DNA from: Atribacterota bacterium
GTDB lineage: Bacteria > Atribacterota > Phoenicimicrobiia > Phoenicimicrobiales > Stramentimicrobiaceae
Direction of reading: 5' to 3'
Assembly (NCBI GenBank): GCA_040767965.1
Contig: JAXGNR010000004.1
Coordinates: 640,001-704,000, forward strand
DNA: 64,000 bases
Program-made: the position numbers and the translations under genes
Part shown: positions 59,731-64,000 of the stretch, one piece after another
Numbering within the stretch: position 1 is the first letter of the stretch
How the letters are laid out: each line of letters opens with the position of its first letter
Notes under the pieces: generated by a model
What the model was told of the DNA's origin: nothing
Database searches by the model: none
The model's input: only the letters and a program-made list of their open reading frames with translations

Positions 59731-61464
59731 TTAAAATGATTGCTGCCCGGCAACTCTTAAGACTTCATCAATTGTTGTAATTCCTTCTAATGCTTTTGTT
59801 ATTCCAATATCAAGCAGAGTAAGCATGCCATTTTTAATAGCCACATCTTTTATCTCATTACTGGATGATTTTTGCATTATCAAAGAGCGTATATCATCAT
59901 TAATTCTAATCATTTCAAAGATAGCAGTCCTTCCACGATATCCTGTATTGTTGCAGTAATCACAACCTTTGCCCCTGTATAGGTTTATGTCATTTACTGG
60001 CGGGAGATCAATGTTCAACTGCATGTTTTTAAAAACACTTGCATCAGGTTTGTATTGTTCAACGCATTTAGGGCAGATTCTGCGAACCAGTCTTTGCGCC
60101 ATAACACACAATACAGATGAGGTAATCAAAAAAGGAGCAATCCCCATGTCAATCATTCTGGTAAGAGAACTGACTGCATCATTTGTATGTAAGGTACTGA
60201 AAACCAGATGTCCAGTCAGGGATGACTGAACAGCAATATGGGCTGTTTCCGAATCCCGCATTTCTCCTATCATTATTATGTCCGGGTCTTGCCTTAATAT
60301 TGAACGAAGGGCATTGGCAAAAGTAAGATTAATTTTTGGCAGGATACTTATTTGATTAATCCTTTCCAATTTATATTCAACCGGATCTTCTACAGTGATT
60401 ACATTTTTTTCAACTGAATCTATCTCATTTAATGTTCCATAAAGTGTAGTGCTTTTCCCACTACCGGTTGGACCTGTTAAAAGAATTATCCCATAAGGAG
60501 CTTTAATTACTTTTCGGAATTCCATTAACTGATCGTCTGAAAATCCGATACCATCCAGAGAAATAATCCCCTGGCTCTTATCCAGGATACGCATTACAAT
60601 TTTTTCCTGATAAACAGTTGGTATAGAAGAAACTCTCAGATCTACTTCTCTGGTTCCAAATCGCAATTGAAAACGTCCATCCTGCGGTAATCTTCGTTCG
60701 GCAATATCCATTCGTGACAGTATTTTTACCCGGGAGATGATAGCAGGTTTTATCCGGTTGGGAAGCATTTTAGTATCATGCAGCACTCCATCTATGCGAT
60801 ATCTGACCAGCAGTCCTCTTTTGTTGGGCTCTAAATGAATATCACTTGCCCTTTCTTTTATGGCCTGCACTATTATAAAATTAACCAGCTGGATTACAGG
60901 GGCTTCCTGGCTGATAGCTTCCAGTTCAGAAAGATTTACTTCATCTCCAAATTCAGAAACAGTAGAAACATCAACTTTTTCTAAAATGTCATCAAAATGG
61001 CCACCTGTTTCATAATATGAGCTTAAAGCATTTGTAATATCTTCTTCGCTGGCAAATTTTGTAACAATATTAGATTTGGTGTATTCCTTAATGAAATCTA
61101 TTGCATTTACATCTAAAGGATTGGCCATGGCTATGGTGATAGTATTGTTTTCCTTGCTAAGAGGAACAATTTTGTATCTAACGGCAATCCTTTTTGGTAT
61201 TACAGATACAATTTCAGGGTCAAGAATAATGTCTTCCAATTCTATGTATTCAGCTTCATATACATGTTGTAAGGCCTGCAAAAGCTGTTTTTGATCAATA
61301 GCTCCCTGGCTAACCAGAATTTCTCCGATTTTTTTCTTGTTGTCGGCTTTTTGTTCAGTTAAAGCTTTTTTAAGCTGTTCAGAATTAATCATACCCTGAT
61401 TAATTAAAATCTCTCCCAGCCTCATATTAGAAAGATAATATTTTTCTTTACCCTCTAAGGACAT
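59731..61464 (-). CDS. Second PilB/GspE ATPase with MshEN motif
   Basis: RLGEILINQGMINSEQLKKALTEQ, ASDIHLEP, GPTGSGKSTT, CPKC..CDYC. Confidence 0.93.
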   Translation of the reverse strand: MSLEGKEKYYLSNMRLGEILINQGMINSEQLKKALTEQKADNKKKIGEILVSQGAIDQKQLLQALQHVYEAEYIELEDIILDPEIVSVIPKRIAVRYKIVPLSKENNTITIAMANPLDVNAIDFIKEYTKSNIVTKFASEEDITNALSSYYETGGHFDDILEKVDVSTVSEFGDEVNLSELEAISQEAPVIQLVNFIIVQAIKERASDIHLEPNKRGLLVRYRIDGVLHDTKMLPNRIKPAIISRVKILSRMDIAERRLPQDGRFQLRFGTREVDLRVSSIPTVYQEKIVMRILDKSQGIISLDGIGFSDDQLMEFRKVIKAPYGIILLTGPTGSGKSTTLYGTLNEIDSVEKNVITVEDPVEYKLERINQISILPKINLTFANALRSILRQDPDIIMIGEMRDSETAHIAVQSSLTGHLVFSTLHTNDAVSSLTRMIDMGIAPFLITSSVLCVMAQRLVRRICPKCVEQYKPDASVFKNMQLNIDLPPVNDINLYRGKGCDYCNNTGYRGRTAIFEMIRINDDIRSLIMQKSSSNEIKDVAIKNGMLTLLDIGITKALEGITTIDEVLRVAGQQSF

Positions 61465-61480
61465 TTATGGTAATCTCCTT

Positions 61481-63526
61481 TTATTTTCCTTTATAATTTA
61501 ATAAATCACCAAAAACATCTTTTAATAAAATACGATCTGAGTTTTGGGTTTTGTTATAATCTTTAACTATTTGTTTTTGTTCTTCTTTTTCAGCTCTTCT
61601 GATGCTTAAGCTGATTTTTTTTCTTTTATCATCTATTTTAATAACAACTGTTTGAACGGTTTCTCCGACAGAAAGAACAGATTCAGGGCTTTCTATTTTA
61701 CGATTGGAAATTTCAGATAGTGGAACAAGACCATCAATATTTTCTTCTAAATTAATAAAAGCGCCAAAATTTGTTAAATTGACTACTTTGCCTTCTACTA
61801 ACTTGCCGACTCCATATTTTTTGCGGGTTTCATTCCAGGGGTTAGGCATAAGGCGTTTGCGGCTTAAAGTCAATTGGGATTTTTCCTTATCAATTTCAAT
61901 TATCTGCAATTCAACCTGATCGCCTTTTTTAAATACCTGACTTGGATGCTGTATATCATCCCATGATATTTCAGAAAAAGGTAAAAACCCTTCTATTTCT
62001 TCATCAAGACCGATAAAAATACCAAAATTCTTTAATCTTAAAACAGTTCCTGTAACTTTGTCATTTATGTTATATTTTTGTATGGCATTTTCCCAGGGGT
62101 TAGGCAAGGTTTGTTTTCTGCTTAAAAATATCATCCTGTCATTATTATCTATTTTTATTATTTTTAGAGGCAATATTGCATATTTTTTTAAAATTGAAGA
62201 TGGTTTTTCAATATATTTCCAATCAATTTCTGAGAGATGAACAATACCGGTAACTCCCGGATCTATTTCTACATTAGCTCCGTAAGAACTGACCTGGGTT
62301 ATTTTACCTTCAACAATATCTCCAACTTTATATTTTCCCTCTATATTTTTCCATGGGTCCTCCATAAGCTGCTTTAAGCCCAGTGATATTTTTTTCTTTT
62401 CTTTATCAATATCTAAAATACGAACTTTTATGTTTTCATTCTCAGAAAGTATATCCTGTGGTTCCCTGGTATAAGCCCAGGACATATCAGAAATATGCAG
62501 TAATCCATTCAGTCCGTCTTCCAGTTCAATAAATGCGCCAAAGTTCTTAATGCTTAAGACTTTACCATCAACTTCATCCCCTATGCTATATTTTTCATCG
62601 ATAACATCCCAGGGGTTAGGAGTAAGTTGTTTTATGCTTAGGGATATTTTTTGTTTTTCTTTATCATAATCGATAACTTTAACTTTGATTTCATCGCCTT
62701 TTTGGATCAACTTAAGAGGATCATTCATATCTTTCCAGGTTATTTCAGACAGATGCAAAAGTCCTTCAATCCCGCCGATATCAATAAAAGCTCCAAAATT
62801 GGTAATATTAACAACTTTGCCAGAAAGTATTTGCCCGCTTTCCAGGGTAGAAAGAGTTTTCTCTTTCATTGCTTCTCTTTCTTTTTCTAAGACCAGGCGA
62901 TGAGAAAGGACAACATTATTTCTGTTTTTATCAAGCTTAATGATATTAAAGGTTAATTTTTTTCCTACATATTTTTCTAAGTCTTTTTCTTCAATAAATT
63001 GCTGTTCTACATGAGATAAAGGAACAAATGCATTTATGCCCAAATCAACAATAAGCCCATTGCTGTTTTTTTCAATTACTTCACCTTCAACAGTTTTATT
63101 GCTTTTAAAAGCGTTAATTAATTGATCCCATAGTAAAATATATCTCGCTTTTTCCCGAGAAAGGTTTATCTGACTGTTTTTTTCATCCACTTGAACAATA
63201 AAGACATCGATTTCATCATCTATTTCTAAAGTATGATTAACTTTATTCTGGTTTGAGCCAAATAAAGAATCTTCGGTAACAGGGAGAAATCCTTCCATTT
63301 TATAATTAATATCAACTAAATAACCATCATCATCAACTTTAACGATTTTACCTTTAATGATTTCCCCTCTTCTGATTTTCTTGAATCCATCCAATGAATC
63401 ATTCATAAGATCATTCATTGAACTTTCTTCCTGAGTTTCTTCTGTTTGATTTGATAATTGTTTTTCTTCTTTTATTTCGTTTTGATTTTCCATTAGACTA
63501 CTATTTCCTCCTTCGTTGTTCTGCAT
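61481..63526 (-). CDS. rpsA: 30S ribosomal protein S1 (seven S1 repeats)
   Basis: Repeated G.V..I.NFGAF....GL(L/V)H.SE.W...ISL..K...PW units; C-terminal LLKDVF. Confidence 0.93.
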   Translation of the reverse strand: MQNNEGGNSSLMENQNEIKEEKQLSNQTEETQEESSMNDLMNDSLDGFKKIRRGEIIKGKIVKVDDDGYLVDINYKMEGFLPVTEDSLFGSNQNKVNHTLEIDDEIDVFIVQVDEKNSQINLSREKARYILLWDQLINAFKSNKTVEGEVIEKNSNGLIVDLGINAFVPLSHVEQQFIEEKDLEKYVGKKLTFNIIKLDKNRNNVVLSHRLVLEKEREAMKEKTLSTLESGQILSGKVVNITNFGAFIDIGGIEGLLHLSEITWKDMNDPLKLIQKGDEIKVKVIDYDKEKQKISLSIKQLTPNPWDVIDEKYSIGDEVDGKVLSIKNFGAFIELEDGLNGLLHISDMSWAYTREPQDILSENENIKVRILDIDKEKKKISLGLKQLMEDPWKNIEGKYKVGDIVEGKITQVSSYGANVEIDPGVTGIVHLSEIDWKYIEKPSSILKKYAILPLKIIKIDNNDRMIFLSRKQTLPNPWENAIQKYNINDKVTGTVLRLKNFGIFIGLDEEIEGFLPFSEISWDDIQHPSQVFKKGDQVELQIIEIDKEKSQLTLSRKRLMPNPWNETRKKYGVGKLVEGKVVNLTNFGAFINLEENIDGLVPLSEISNRKIESPESVLSVGETVQTVVIKIDDKRKKISLSIRRAEKEEQKQIVKDYNKTQNSDRILLKDVFGDLLNYKGK

Positions 63527-63627
63527 TTTTAATTAAAGATATAAATTAATAATTGCAAAACTTTTTCATAGTTATACTTATATTTTCTCATTGACTATTT
63601 TGGATTTGAGAAAAATTGTTTATAAAT

Positions 63628-64000
63628 TTAGTATTCAGAAGTGTTTATAATTCCTTTTTCAGTAATAATATAATCAACTGCAATATCATGCTTTTCCACA
63701 GGTATTTTTTCTATTATCTGAAAATCAAAAGATAAGGCAATTTTGCAGGTTTTCTGAACTAATTTGCTAAGAAAACGATCATAGTAACCGCCACCTCTAC
63801 CTAATCTATAACCTTGTCTGGTAAAAGCGACACCTGGTATGATAACCAAATCTAATATTTCAGGAGGATGTACTCTTTGAAAATTTATTTTTGGCTCATA
63901 AACACCTAAATCACCAATTTGGAGTTCTTGTTGAAAATTTTTAATAAGAGAAGGCAAAAGATCATGTTTTTCTTTAATTATCAGAGGAATAAAAATATTT
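63628..64000 (-). CDS. 5-formyltetrahydrofolate cyclo-ligase (5' end off window)
   Basis: GVYEP, DLVIIPGVAF..GYRLGRGGGYYDRFL, HDIAVDYIITE. Confidence 0.93.
   Translation of the reverse strand, partial: NIFIPLIIKEKHDLLPSLIKNFQQELQIGDLGVYEPKINFQRVHPPEILDLVIIPGVAFTRQGYRLGRGGGYYDRFLSKLVQKTCKIALSFDFQIIEKIPVEKHDIAVDYIITEKGIINTSEY

Noticed and set aside
2051-62903. Numerous short plus-strand ORFs overlapping annotated genes (e.g. 2051-2494, 31128-31526, 52130-52462)
   Set aside because: Antisense shadow frames of well-supported minus-strand genes with no recognisable motifs.

Overview
A low-GC bacterial chromosome segment with almost all genes on the minus strand. The gene order is Terrabacteria-like (hemW-lepA-murJ-rpsT-holA-comEC-comEA; tig-clpP-clpX-valS-folC; efp-asp23-nusB-xseAB-ispA-rph-rdgB; rpsA-alaS-ruvX-mltG-yqeG), but there is an outer-membrane secretin, so the host is a diderm. 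An Atribacterota/JS1-like lineage is my guess and is not demonstrated. Positions 1-28.4 kb and 54.7-64 kb are housekeeping genes, including a seven-tRNA operon and a valS T-box riboswitch. Positions ~28.6-54.7 kb are a large type IVa pilus locus (pilB, pilC, pilA, pilD, fimT/pilV/pilW/pilX-like, pilMNOPQ, and an Ig/PKD lipoprotein). The most unusual structures are inside that locus: (i) four co-oriented arrays of ~36-40 nt hairpin units that delimit gene cassettes (fimT-like pilin, RHH-RelE, HicBA); (ii) a SigB/F-type sigma factor preceded by a degenerate sigma paralogue lacking region 4 and followed by two proteins with apparent tandem Sm/Hfq-like repeats; (iii) a four-helix-bundle gene bracketed by inverted heptamer arrays. 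Other points of note are a T-box with a very short stem I, an S1 protein with seven S1 repeats, tRNA-Arg(UCG), a Balon/baeRF-like protein, and two PilB paralogues that differ in their MshEN motif. Many frameshifts, especially at 37.7-46 kb, look like long-read indel errors. All family assignments come from reading motifs by eye; no database search was run.
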